This document shows, piece by piece, positions 1-21,157 of a stretch of DNA of 64,000 bases. Position numbers and translations under genes: made by a program. The DNA comes from the human T2T-CHM13v2.0 reference genome, Homo sapiens. The DNA lies in assembly GCF_009914755.1 (NCBI RefSeq), contig NC_060926.1; one strand, written 5' to 3'. Position 1 is the first letter of the stretch. The number at the start of each line of letters is the position of its first letter. The notes beneath the pieces were generated by a model that saw only the letters and a list, made by a program, of their open reading frames with translations, had not been told where the DNA came from and did no database searches.

Positions 1-1058
1 CTAGGTATACACTTGGCTTGATTTAAATTACAATTGCACAAAAACAGCAAAGAAGTTAGCAGTAGTTTTGCCCCTTGGTTCTCGAGACCATGTTCATCTG
101 ATTACAAAAGACACAGCAAGTGCTGCTCAACCTCCTGCTCCCTTTCTAGGCTTCTAGCCCCTCATTTTGCCTCACAGGAGAGCTCTACTGGACAGACAAT
201 TAGCATGGGATTGGAGGCCATTCTCCAGCTTTCTGCATCTGTCAAATGATGGAGAGGGTTTGCCTTTTTCAGATCTTTGTGAAAGGGATCACCCATTTCT
301 TTTAAACATCTAATATATTTCACACAGAATGGCTATAAAAAGTAATCAGTTACATGTATAACACCATTGCTTTCTCAACAATCAGTGAAGACAGTTGAAT
401 TTACAGCCAGAAGACAATCACATTATATTGGACCACATATTCATACTTCATTTATTTCTCCCTCAAGTATTGCAGCTGTAATAGCTCCTAGGAAGCTTTA
501 AAAAATATGCAAGAACATTTTAAACTTCCAGGAACACTCAGACTTCAAACTACTTTTTCTTCTTGTATAACATCTTTAAATAATTAATTTTTTTGTTTCT
601 TTTTTAGTGTTCTGGTTTGGGAAATATTAAGATAACTGGAAATGGGAAAAAAAAGGAGAAGGAATTTGTGATTTTTCAATTTCCATGAAATCAACAACCT
701 TGCTTCCTAGAGTGGATTCTTACAGAGGTCAATAGTACACTTGTGTGTTGTTGAAAATTGTTAACACTCCTATCTAAAAGCCACAGGATAGTATTCCAAA
801 GACTGTGAACAACAACTCCAGGGCTCCCAGGGATCCTCAGTTGCTGTTACCACCAGTGGATTTTTTTCAAAAGCATTTTTAAGAAATGGTCATAAGCAGG
901 AATCAAATGGTTTGGAATGAATCTGTTTTGTTGGAAGAAGGGGTTTAATTAACTTTCGAGCTGCACAAATTAATCTGGACTTTAGTGAGGGCCTGAAAAT
1001 TGATTAAAATGTGAGCACCTTTTCAGAAAGTATTTGACCAGGAAATAAATTCATTTCT

Positions 1059-1074
1059 TCAAGGTCAGTGACCC
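1059..1074. promoter_or_regulatory. Candidate nuclear receptor element (IR1 AGGTCAgTGACCC overlapping TCAAGGTCA)
   Basis: Sequence tcaaggtcagtgaccc matches RGGTCAnTGACCY (FXR/RXR IR1) and the NR5A/ERR monomer site TCAAGGTCA. Motif match only. Confidence 0.3.
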
Positions 1075-2589
1075 TACAAGTTGACAAGTGATTCAGATTA
1101 ATACACACTTGGGTTTCAAGTTTCACCTATTGCTTGGCAGAAGCTTCTGCCCCATCCCCCACCCCCAGTGCTGCTTGTCATCCACCTGATCTAGTTGTCA
1201 CCTTTTCTTCTGGACTGTTTTTCTGACAGAAACCCTTTGCAGAGTTTTTGGCTGGGGGGTGGGGAGGTGGTTGGGGGGCATTGCAATCAGTGCAACGTTT
1301 CATTTTAGTTGTTTTATTGAAGATTTAATCAACATTATGATTTAAAAATAAGGCAGAAAATAACTTCACCTAGATTAAACTTACCTCTTAAAGATAATAA
1401 ATGTCCATCAAACAGAATGATTTGTAAAATAGTTTCATAAAATCCTACTTGATTTAATGACCTACCTAATTTTTGCAGTGTCTTTTATTTTTTCTTCTTG
1501 GGGGCTAAACACACATAACACGCACTCATGCACGTGCACACACACACAGGCATATACATAGACACTCCAAGCATTTGGAGACTCTCCTCTATATTATCTA
1601 GTAATACAAGCTCAGAGGTCAAGCCTTACTGTAAGAGAATATGGAAATAATTAGAGAAATTTTGTGTGAGAGTAAATGAAGAGACTATTTATTCTAAGAA
1701 GAGAGGAAATTGTAAAAATAAAAAGTCTCATCATTGATTTCAAAGGAGAACTTGAAACAGGATTCAATCTTGCTACCCTCATTTAAAAAATAAGAAATTG
1801 TGGTCTTAGAAGGTTCTGATCTACCACATTCTTTCATAGTTCACATGAAGTGGCAATGGGATGATTTAAGGTGTTTTTATTTCCCCTTGATTTAATGTCA
1901 AGTATAATTTAGTGGACAATTATATGTAACACCTTTGATAATTAATTTTCCACTCCAAATTAGGCTTTGGCAATCCTTCTCTTATCCTGGTGTCATTATT
2001 CTTATAGAATACTGTACACGTTAACTTTGTTTTCTTTTCTCATTCCCTATTAATGCTTGTTTTTTCAAATAAATATTAACTATTCCACATAACTTCTAAG
2101 TAAAGTTTCAGACTTTAATAATACATTTTTTTAATTACAGAGTCAGCATATTCTTTGCAAAAAAAATCCTTAGCAAATACCTAGAGAAGGTAGAGTTTAG
2201 CGGAGCAGGAATTTTCTTCATCTTTTAAATTAAAAAATTGAACCAACTCTCCATGTACTTCAACAACTTTTTACCCTCAAAAGAGAAGAGTTTTAACATC
2301 ATTAAATCCGAACATATATTTGAAAAAATTAGAAATAATGGCCTTATCAGATAGTTACTTATACTTTTTTTTAATTTTATTATTATTATACTTTAAGTTT
2401 TAGGGTACATGTGCACCACGTACAGGTTTGTTACATATGTATACATGTGCCATGTTGGTGTGCTGCACCCATTAACTCGTCGTTTAGCATTAGGTATATC
2501 TCCTAATGCTATCCCTCCCTGCTCCCCCCACCCCACAACAGTCCCCGGTGTGTGATGTTCCCCTTGTTGTGTTCATGTGTTCTCATTGT

Positions 2590-6425
<3,836 letters not shown>

Positions 6426-6473
6426 TTATTTTGCTCATTAGTTGATGCAGTTTCTTCCTAGCCTCGATGGTCT

Positions 6474-7483
6474 TTACAATTGGCATGTTTTTGCAGTGGC
6501 TGGTAGCGGTTGTTCCTTTCCATGTTTAGTGCTTCCTTCAGGAGCTCTTTTAGGGCAGGCCTGGTGGTGACAAAATCTCTCAGCATTTGCTTGTCTGTAA
6601 AGTATTTTATTTGTCCTTCACTTATGAAGCTTAGTTTGGCTGGATATGAAATTCTGGGTTGAAAATTCTTTTCTTTAAGAATGTTGAATATTGGCCCCCA
6701 CTCTCTTCTGGCTGGTAGAGTTTCTGCTGAGAGATCAGCTGTTAGTCTGATGGACTTCCCTTTGTGGGTAACCTGACCTTTCTCTCTGGCTGTCCTTAAC
6801 ATTTTTTCCTTCATTTCAACTTTGGTGAATCTGATAATTATGTGTCTTGGAGTTGCTCTTCTCGAGGATTATCTTTGTGGCATTTTCTGTATTTCCTGAA
6901 CTTGAGTGTTGGCCTGCTTTGCTCGATTGGGGAAGTGCTCCTGGATAATATCCTGCAGAGTGTTTTCCAACTTGATTCCATTCTCCCCATCACTTTCAGG
7001 TACACCAATCAGATGTAGATTTGGTCTTTTCACATAGTCCCATATTTCTTGGAGGCTTTGTTCATTTCTTTTTATTCTTTTTTCTCTAAACTTCTCTTCT
7101 TGCTTCATTTCATTCATTTCTTCTTCCATCGCTGATATACTTTCTTCCAGTTGATCGCATTGGCTACTGAGGCTTGTGCATTCATCACGTAGTTCTCGTG
7201 CCATGGTTTTCAGCTCCATCAGGTCCTTTAAGGACTTCTCTGCATTGGTTATTCTAGTTACCATTCATCTAATTTTTTTTCAAGGTTTTTAACTTCTTTG
7301 CCATTGGTTCAGACTTCCTCCTTTAGCTCAGAGTAGTTTGATCTTCTGAAGCCTTCTTCTCTCATCAAAGTCTTTCTCCATCCAGCTTTGTTCTGTTGCT
7401 GGTGAGGAGCTGTGTTCCTTTGGAGGGGGAGAGGCGCTCTGATTTTTTGAGTTTCCAGTTTTTCTGCTCTGTTTTTTCCCCAT
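6474..7483 (-). pseudogene. L1 ORF1, disrupted
   Basis: ATG (cat at 7481-7483) of MGKKQSRK. Fragments 6869-7264 (coiled coil, EIWDYVKRPNL) and 6458-6814 (ARREWGPIFNILKEKNFQPRISYPAKLSF). Confidence 0.93.
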
Positions 7484-8502
7484 CTTTGTGGTTTTATCTA
7501 CCTTTGGTCTTTGATGATGGTGACGTACAGATGCGTTTTTGGTGTGGATGTCCTTTCTGTTTGTTAGTTTTCCTTCTAACAGTCAGGACCCTCAGTTGCA
7601 GGTCTGTTGGAGTTTGCTGGAGGTCCACTCCAGACCCTGTTTGCCTGGGTATCAGCAGCAGTGGCTCCAGAACAGCAGATATTGGTGAACCGCAAATGCT
7701 GCTGCCTGATCGTTCCTCTGGAAGTTTTGTCTCAGAAGAATACCTGGCGGTGTGAGGTGTCAGCCGCCCCTACTTGGGGGTGGCTCCCAGTTAGGCTCCT
7801 CAGGTGTCAGGGACCCACTTGAGGAGGCAGTCTGCCTGTTCTCAGATCTCCAGCTGCGTGCTGGGAGAACCACTACTCTCTTCAAAGCTGTCAGACAGGG
7901 ACATTTTCGTCTGCAGAGGTTACTGCTGCCTTTTGTTTGTCTGTGCCCTGCCCCCAGAGGTGGAGTCTACAGAGGCAGGCAGGCCTCCTTGAGCTGTGGT
8001 GGGCTCCACCCAGTTCGAGCTTCCTGGCTGCTTTGTTTACCTACTCAAGCCTGGGCAATAGCAGGTGCCCCTCCCCCAGCATTGCTCCCACCTTGCAGTT
8101 TGATCTCAGACTGCTGTGCTAGCAATGAGGAAGGCTCCGTGGGCATAGGACAATCTCAGCCATGTGTGGGATATAATCTCCTGGTGTGCCGTTTGTTAAG
8201 CCTGTTGGAAAAGCATAGTATTAGGGTGGGAGTGACCCAATTTTCCAGGTGCCATCAGTCACCCCTTTCTTTGACTAGGAAAGTGAATTCCCTGACTTGT
8301 TGCGCTTCCTGGGTGAGGCGATGCCTTTCCCTGCTTCGGCTCACACATGGTGCACTGCACCCACTGTCCTGCATCCACTGTCCGGCACTCCCCAGTGAGA
8401 TGAACCCGGTACCTCAGTTGGAAATGCAGAAATCACCCGTTTTCTGTGTCGCTCACGCTGGGAGCTGCAGACTGGAGCTGTTCCTATTCGGCCGTCTTGG
8501 CC
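7484..8502 (-). promoter_or_regulatory. L1 5'UTR (sense and antisense promoter region)
   Basis: Typical L1PA 5'UTR sequence upstream of ORF1. Many CpGs have decayed. Confidence 0.85.
8058..8273 (+). pseudogene. L1 antisense ORF0 remnant, start codon ATG>ATA
   Basis: Frame reads IAGAPPPALLPPCSLISDCCASN...RVGVTQFSRC, matching ORF0 (MAGAPPPASLPPCSLISDCCASN...). ggcaATAgca replaces ggcaATGgcg. End coordinate assumes the 71-codon reference length. Confidence 0.8.
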
Positions 8503-8516
8503 TACTTATACTTTTT

Positions 8517-11990
<3,474 letters not shown>

Positions 11991-12138
11991 TTCCCATTTT
12001 CCCTCACTTTTCTCTATGCTTTGCTCTCCAGCCATCTTGGACTTTCTCTAATTTCATAAATATGTCACTATCCATTCATCTTTAAGACTTGAGTACTATT
12101 TTTTATGTGCGGAGCACTCTTCACTGTGTTTTCTATTA

Positions 12139-12474
<336 letters not shown>

Positions 12475-12596
12475 TCAGTTTCTCATAAGGGCCTTCCCAT
12501 TCTCCCAAGATTATGTTAGATTTCTTGTGCTCTATAATAATCTCTCCTATAATTCTATAATTTATCTTGACAGTGCTTAACTACAGTTAGTAATTT

Positions 12597-12786
12597 TATC
12601 TATCATTTACCTACCTATATGTTTGTCCATCTGTCCATTCATCCATCCATCTACATATCTGTCATCTATCTATCCATTTATTCATCTATCTACCTATCTA
12701 TCATCTATCATTTATCCATCCATCCACTCACCCACCCGCTGACCTACCTACCTACCTACTTGCCTACCTGCTTACACAACTACCTA
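12597..12786. repeat. Compound tetranucleotide microsatellite (TATC/TCCA/TACC)
   Basis: Runs such as tatctatc, catccatccatc and cctacctacctacc. Confidence 0.85.
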
Positions 12787-13199
12787 GGGTGATAGTTAAT
12801 GTTTATCTCCCTCTTAGATCATAAACGCCATGGAGTTCTTGTACTTTGTTAGTCACAGAACAAAACATATAGTATGTACTCAAGAAATATTTTTTGAGTG
12901 AGTGAATGAATGAATAAATGAATATAATCTGATAAAAATCTCAATCTGTTCAATTGTATTTTGACTATCATGATTGAGGAATGTGTTATTCAAAGATTTA
13001 CAAAGTGCACTAGCAGAAAAGCATTATCTTTGCTATCCATTTGATGGTATGACTAGGGTGTAAAGAGTATAGGAATAATACTATTTTATATGCATAATGA
13101 CTGATAATTTTCAAATCAGAGAAAAATGCCCTCCATTTCCAATGATGTACACTGATAGATAAGAAAATATAAATCTTTGAAGTAGAATATTAGATAATT

Positions 13200-13750
13200 T
13201 CGCCCTTTTTGGCATATCATATAAATGAAATCATTCAATATGTAGCATTTGTTTTCTGCCTCCTTTAACAAAATGCATTTAAGATTTATTTATGTTGCTA
13301 TGTATCAGTGTTTTTTTCTATTAATTGCTAAGTGTCATTCCATTATAGGTATGTAAGTTCTTTTGAGTCATTCACCTGGTGAAGGACATGTTAGTTGTTC
13401 CCAGCTTGTGGTGTTTCACATACAAGTCTTGTGTCAATATAGATTTACAATTTATAATACTTGAATAAATACCAAGAATTTAGATTGAGTGTGTATATTT
13501 AATGTTATTAAAAACTACCAAATTATTTTCCAAAATTATTGCATTTTTACATTTCCACCAGAAGTGAGTTCCTATTACTCAACATTTTCCATAGCAATTG
13601 ACAGTGTCAATCATTGAACTTTTAGCCATGGTAACACATAAGTACTGATTTCTCATTGTGGTTATAATTTAGATATTCCAAATGTCTAATCAAGCTGAAT
13701 ATCTTTTCAAATACTTATATGAAAACATGTCTGTTAAAAAATTTGTCCAT
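13200..13750 (-). mobile_element. Old L1M 3' fragment
   Basis: Degenerate similarity to L1M 3' ends (catataaatgaaatcattcaatatgta..., tctcattgtggtt). Confidence 0.6.
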
Positions 13751-13930
13751 TAAAATAACTTTTTCAGCTATAAACAAGTAGAATATTAGAATATCCATAA
13801 TTATGCTTCCCCATATGAGAAGTCTAACAAGCAGAACCATAAGTTGCCCCATGAGATGCAGAAAAGACATATGATAAAATTTATTCTTTATTATTTATTT
13901 TAAAAATAACAAAATAGGAAAATATAATGA

Positions 13931-14220
<290 letters not shown>

Positions 14221-14864
14221 TATAGTGATTTTTTAATATACAAATTCATTTAAAAATAATCTCTGTTTTCTCATATATATCAATCATGGAGATTCAGGGG
14301 TATTTCTCCTTATATATTTCTTACCCCCAAATCAGCATTATACTTGATAGTGAATAATGAGCATATACATTATAGTCAGGAAAAATGTCAGGATGCCCAT
14401 TCTCATCACTATCTTTTAACATTGTTTTGAAATTACTGTTAAGGAGTGGGATTAAAAAGATTAGGTGGTGGAAAGATGATGATTTTTGTTTCTAAGGTTT
14501 TTCTTTTTTGCTTTATTCCTTTATATGTTATTTATATTTATTACTTTCAAAAAATAAAAACATTATCACTACAAACAGCCATCTCTATATATAAAGTTTA
14601 CGTTACATAGCATGGTCTATATTAAAAAAGAATTAGAGTCTGACTCACTTCTCAAACTTGCTAAATTCTGTTACTTGGGACTATTGAGAGCAGAAGATTG
14701 TAGATTTAGGGGTAGGAGTTAGGCAAAAGTAGAAATAAACCAGGTTGGAGATTTTAGGGTGAGAGGCAGACATTAGTTTTGGTCAATACCATTGTGGAAT
14801 TTGGAACCAGGTGAAATAAATCATTAAGATTCAGGAGTCAACATAGTCCACCAAGCTTTGAACT

Positions 14865-15065
14865 AAGGAAGTGTATAGTAAGTACTTCCTACATATCAGG
14901 CACAACTTATTTTGGCTGAGTTAATTCTATAAATTTTCTTAAAAAGTAGAACTAGCCATCTTTATTTTACACTGGGGAAATATAGAGAGAAACTAAGTAA
15001 TCTAGGAAGGCTTGGACTTGAACCCATGTCGGTCTAACTGTAAAGACTACACTCTTAACTACTGA
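14865..15065 (-). mobile_element. MIR
   Basis: Degenerate MIR core and ttgaaccca...ctcttaactactg end. Confidence 0.5.
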
Positions 15066-17338
15066 AGTATACTTCTACTTATTTGGAAGCAGCAGCTCTG
15101 AACTTCAGGCGAATCTATCAGATTAATTCTGTTGGTTTATCTTTCCCACATGGATACCATCACTATTTTGAATACTACTTTCAAACTCAGATTTTCCCAG
15201 TAATTTACAGGGACTACATTGATTTTTTAAAGCATTTTTCAGAATTTTTTGCCTATAGGTGTATTTTTCAAACTCTGGATTCGAACCCAGTAATAGGTCA
15301 TGGAATCAATCTAGTGGATTGTGATTAGCATATTTTTTCTTCTTTTATCTTTTCTTCACTCAGACCCAAAGCATCAACACTCATTAGGTAAGCTGCTGCT
15401 GACAAAAAATATTGTCATCCTAATAGTGTATTTTAAATGTAATAATGCAGAATAGGAATATGGGGATAAATAGAAAATATCAGAGTTTATTAAACATAGT
15501 GATGACGAATATTCCGTGAGACATTATTTCCAAATATACATAGACACACATATTCTTTACATTGAAAGGTTTAAAAGCTACTGGCCTATAGAATATCTTG
15601 GCTTCAGATTAAGTGCTCTTTTGTTTCCTGATTTTTATTTCAAGTAAATAAGTCTTGTCGCCCTAATAAAATAAACCTAACTGCAAGCGTAAACATAAAA
15701 TGGCATACATCTCTAAGTTTATTATTGCACCTAAACTGATGCTTGGCACATAACAGGTTCTCAACAAATATTGTAATAATTGTAAATGTAGGTGAAGAGG
15801 CCAGGATAGCACTGGGGAACAGTGGGCAGCTGGCCAAATCCATAGCTAAGCTCTCATAGCTCTGGCCTCCAAAACTGCTAGACCAAGGCAGGACTGAGGG
15901 ACACGAAACAACAAGATGCAAGGTGTCAGATAGGAGCACTGATTATTTCATGTGGCTTGTCTTTTTTCTGATGATCAATGTGGAAAATATGCACTACAAA
16001 GAAGGGGAAAAATACACGTATAATCCTAAAACTGAAAGGTAACCACGATTATTTATTACATTTACAGCCTATTAACATTTGCTACATCTTTCTCCTGTCT
16101 TTCCTGTAGTATTACTCTGGTAGTAGCCTATGCATATGCCTTACCATATAATAAATTCTCTTCATAATTATAGTTTTATTGGTTATATAATAGCAAATTC
16201 TAGCTCTGTTTCATAGCTTATTCAAGCATTCTCTTACTGTCAAAAAGTTAGATTGTTTCTAATTTGTAATATAAATTATGACCTAACTAGCAGCTTTATG
16301 TAAAACTTTTCCTGATTTTTTTATTTCCTTGGATTCTCAAAAATGAAATAAATTGATTTAAAAAATGGACTTTTAAAGGCTCTTGATATATATTATGAGG
16401 TCTTGGATCATTCATTGTGATCAAATTTTAAATGGCAAGGCAGTGTTCTAGGACATCCCACTTAAAGGGCCATTGTATTTCTCATATGGATTGATTTTTG
16501 ATGATTTTAATTACTCATATGCATTTCCTCTTTTGCTACCTGAAAGTATCCATTGAGTTAAATCTAAAAAGTCTCAATTGACCTACAGAGCAATTACCAT
16601 TTCCCTTACAAATGTTTGCAAAGCCAGAATTTTAACTGTAAATGAGGTTTGTGCATCTATGTTTGGATTGCATATGATGTCTCAGATTTAGGGTACTGAT
16701 ATGGATAAAAGACTTATCCTTTGTTCAAACAATAGTAATATACTGTCTTTATTTTTTCGTTGTATGTAGTGAAGCATGTTGCTTTTCTATATTTATCAAC
16801 ACTGCCCGCAATGTGAGTGGGTGGAATGGAGGATTAATAAGGAAACCTTGAAGCCAACTTATTTTTATGTGTTTCCTAGTTTATTAGAATAGAATCGTAT
16901 TTTCTTTCTATTCCTCTAACAGTTTATTTTTTTTCCTCAAGCAGACAAATCTTTGTTGTCTAGGAACAAAATTTATATAATGCTCCAGTTATGATAAATC
17001 TTCTGATATAGGGGGAGATATTTCTGGTGATAAATTAGACATTTTCTGTAGCCTAGCATTTGATCACAACTATCAAATCTGCCAGCATATATTGAGTTGC
17101 CATGATGGTGATTAAGAAACACATATTTCACCAAGTTACATTAAGTTCACTCAATTCTTCTGTTCTTTTTTTTTCTCCAGGTTCCATTAAAAATCAGATT
17201 AAAAGAATACCATGAGAGAATGTGCAAGTTAACCTATTCTACCTCTCCCCCTTTTCTGCATCTCAGGACACTTTTCAGGACCCCTTACTATCTCAGGGAC
17301 TCAGCCAAAGGCATCACAGTAGGTTCAGTCAAAGGCAG

Positions 17339-17817
17339 TGCCATGGAATGAATGTCTGTGTCCCCTTAAACTCATATGTTGAAGCCCTAACCCTAAATAT
17401 AACTGTATTTGGAGATGGGACCTCCTAGGAAGTAATTAAGGTTAAACGAGGTCATAAGAGTGGGGCCTTGATCCAGTAGGATTAGTATCCTTATAAGAGA
17501 CACCAGAGAGCGCGTGTGTGCACTTTCTGTCTTTCTGTCTCTCTCTCCCTGTTTTTCTCCCTGTCTCTCTTTATCTCTTTGTGTGTCTTTCTGTCTCTCT
17601 GTCTCTCTCTCTCCTGTGCATGTACCAAGGAAAGGCCATGTGAGGACATATGGAGAAGGTGGCTGTCTACAAGCCAGGAACAGAGCCCTCACCAAAAACT
17701 GAATTGGCCAGAAACTTGATCTTGGACTTCTAGCCCCTAGAACTGTAAGAAAATATTTCTGTGCTTTTTAAGTTACCCAGTCTATGGTATTTTTTTATGG
17801 AAGCCCAAACCGAATAC
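17339..17817 (+). mobile_element. MaLR solo LTR (MLT1A-like) with internal (CT)n
   Basis: tgccatggaatgaatgtctgtgtcccc...ttgatcttggacttctagcc...ccagtctatggtatttt. CT-rich tract at ~17525-17613. Confidence 0.88.
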
Positions 17818-18132
17818 CAGAAGGTGGGGGTCAACAGTTTGAGGACAGGAGGAGGGGGAGGTCTGCTTACTTCTCACCATTTCCTTCTGCATCCTGTGTT
17901 GTCTCTGCAAGTGCTTCTCTTTCATAACTCCAGTCCCTCAAAGAAGACATGCACCCTGAGATCCCACTTCTGACCAAGATGTTTTTTCCCCCATGCCTCT
18001 GGCTCCCACACAGTGGAAAGCGCTCCCTTCCATTGTCCCTCCTGCCCTAGAGATGGTAATGGCTTCTTGCTGTTGCCAATCTATCTTTGCACTACTCACC
18101 TCTACTTGTTTCTCAACAATTGCGTTATCTAT

Positions 18133-18531
18133 TGTCTTAGTCTGTTTTGTGTTGCTATAACAAAAATACCTAAGACTGGGTAATTTATAAAGAAGATAAA
18201 TTTATTTTCTCACAGTTCTGGAGGCTGGAAGTCCAAGATCAAGGTGGCAGCAGATTCAGTTGTCTTGTAAGGGCTGCTCTATGCTTTCAAATAGTGCCTT
18301 GTTGCTACATCCTCCAGAGGGGAGAAACAGTGTCCTCACATGACAGAAGGTGGAAGGGTAAGTGGGATACATGTTACTTGCATCTACTTTTATATAAGGG
18401 TCATAATTCCATTCATGAAGGGAAAAGCCTTTATGACCTAATCACCTCTTAAAGGCCATACCTCTTAATAACATCACATTGACCAAGTTTCAATGCCAGA
18501 ATTTTGGAGGGAACCTATTCAAACAATATAA
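18133..18531 (-). mobile_element. MaLR solo LTR (MST/MLT1A-like)
   Basis: tgtcttagtctgttttgtgttgctataac...cacagttctggaggctggaagtccaagatcaagg...aatcacctcttaaaggcc. Confidence 0.88.
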
Positions 18532-20816
18532 TCTGGAAAACAGTTTTCTGTAGTAAATCTTTCTGGTTGAAAAACCCAGAGTATGGCTTGGATAGAGTTG
18601 ACTGCTACAGAGGCATTTTACTTAACAAGGCTTCATCGTTCAGGGTTTAGAATGAATCTTTCAGGTAATAATTGTTGGAGAGTTCATGTAACCACTCTGA
18701 CTTGTCAGATTAGTAATGTGAAGCCTATTCTACCATCATTTTCTACTAAAGTCTTCCTCTGTTATTCTCATAACTCATAATGCATTTAAACAGCAAAACT
18801 GCAAATTAAGTTTCTTCCAGCATATTATACGTTGCTGCATTCACTTTTTATTTTCACTCATATTTCTTTTTTCCTCCCCATCTTACTCAACAAGTTAGTT
18901 TTTGTTATAAATATTTTTCAGTTTGAATGAAAAAAAAATGATTGAAGCAAAATGATCCATGATCAAATTTAACACTAGGAGGCTCAGAGAAATCGTGAAC
19001 TCAGACGCTGGTTTTGTCACTGACTGCTTCAGTAAAATCTTTAATTGTTCTTTAGATGATGTATTGGATGATAAGTTCTGATTCCCACAGATAATTGAGT
19101 CCTATACCCCTAGGTTTGAATTTTTTTTTTTTTTTGGTCCACACTTTAAATTGTGCCCAGAAAATTCTCTGGATAGAATTTGATTGCAGATGTCTATTAT
19201 ATTCCGATGAACACATATCAGTCAGTCTTCCAAAGCATTTTACAATGAAGTGAAGCTGACCTTGTAATATGGTAGCACACTTATCAGGCCATTAAAATGT
19301 CCCTCTTATGTAATAGTAGCCAGTTGCAATTGACCAAAAGAAACTTTGATGGGCTTTCACTTGGAAACTTGTGCAAGTATGTTCTTTATTTTGATTTCTT
19401 TCCATAGGACCTTCAGTTTTCCATAGCATGTTTCAAAAGATGGATGAAAGTAAACATGATACAATATTTTAGTTAGGACCTATCTAATGTCTCACAGAGA
19501 AGTTTTTCTATGAAGTTCAACCATAAATACAAATAAAGCATGTTCTGTACACAATTCATTGTCATACTTTGATATTTATCAAACACCCCAGGGAGGCATG
19601 ATGTGCTTTCTTCCCAATTGCTGTATATTTTCAGCCTCCATCAAAAAGTATTATAATTAAGTATTAATATACTAATAGTTTAATTGAAACTATAAAAATA
19701 ATCTAATTTATAACCTCAGAAAATATATTTTGACCTAAAATCATCAGCATTCATTAGTAAATTGTGTGTTCCTTTATACATTTTAATCTAGTAAATAAGA
19801 TTCTTTTCTCACCCAATACTGGAATTAGCTTTAGCCTGTTTTCAGTAACCTCTTCCAACCCATATGTAACATCATTTATTGTCACAAAAACCTTCTTAGC
19901 TTAAGTCTATTATAATTTGTAAATGTACATAATTTTTCTCTTCTCAAACTTGGTAAGAAATTCGCAAAGTATGAGTGCCTTCATCACCATTATCATTATC
20001 AAATAATACTGCTCTCCCCCAAGTGCATGAGGCTGCTGGAGACTACTAAATTACATTAAATTCTTTCTGCTCCATTTTAGCAAGAGAAATTTGCCCAAGT
20101 TTATGCAGTATAGAAAGAGAAAGTGAGAGTTAAATATCACATCCACATAATGCACTCCGATGTGCTCCACCAAAACTAGCGTTTTACAGTAATTCCAGTG
20201 TACTGTATGTTTTTGTTTTGAACTAAAACGGAACTTGGGAGGAAATTTCATTTTCGATACTGTAAATTTACTGTGAAAGAAATGGGAAATAGTGTCCCCA
20301 GGCAGTGTCAGAATGACTGCTGCTTTCCCTTCTCACTGCAATTAGAGTTCTAGCCCCAGGCGGCAGGTAGGTGCAGACACAGGTGACTTGCTTTTGATTG
20401 GCAGGCTCATGAAGCAGCTAGATGGGGGATTCCTGGGACTGAGTGGAGGATTCATTTACCTTCAAGGCTGGTTTTGGAAGCCTTGGCTTCCTGACTAAAA
20501 AATGTGGATTCTCTTTCATATAGGTTATAATCAAATGTTGCATTGGCAAGCATCTGAAGGACAACCTCCTAAACAGCCAGCATCGCTTGTACAGCTTCTG
20601 TAACTGACATTGGTTTGGTTTTGGTTAACAAGTTTTCATGAGAATTTTATAACTTAGTGTTTACACTTTCAGCACTTGATGCTCTTTTTGCCTGCTTAGA
20701 GAGCTTCCTTCCAACTGATGCTGTGGCCCAAACAACAAAACATACGGCATAAGAATATGCTTATTTTCCTGAAATTTGTATGTGATTTTCTGACCAAATC
20801 ACAAATTGCAGAATTA

Positions 20817-21035
<219 letters not shown>

Positions 21036-21157
21036 GAATATGAGTATCATATGAATTTAGTGTTAAGTGAAATAAAATATTTTACAGCATTTCAATACAA
21101 AAGTAGTTTCTTTCTATCTAGTATTATCATTTAAATCATAATAGAATGATAGTCTTA

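Noticed and set aside
12031-12040. gccatcttgg resembling the L1 5'-terminal YY1 motif
   Set aside because: The preceding 40 bp do not match the L1 5' end and the context looks L2-derived (ctccagcca). Probably coincidental.
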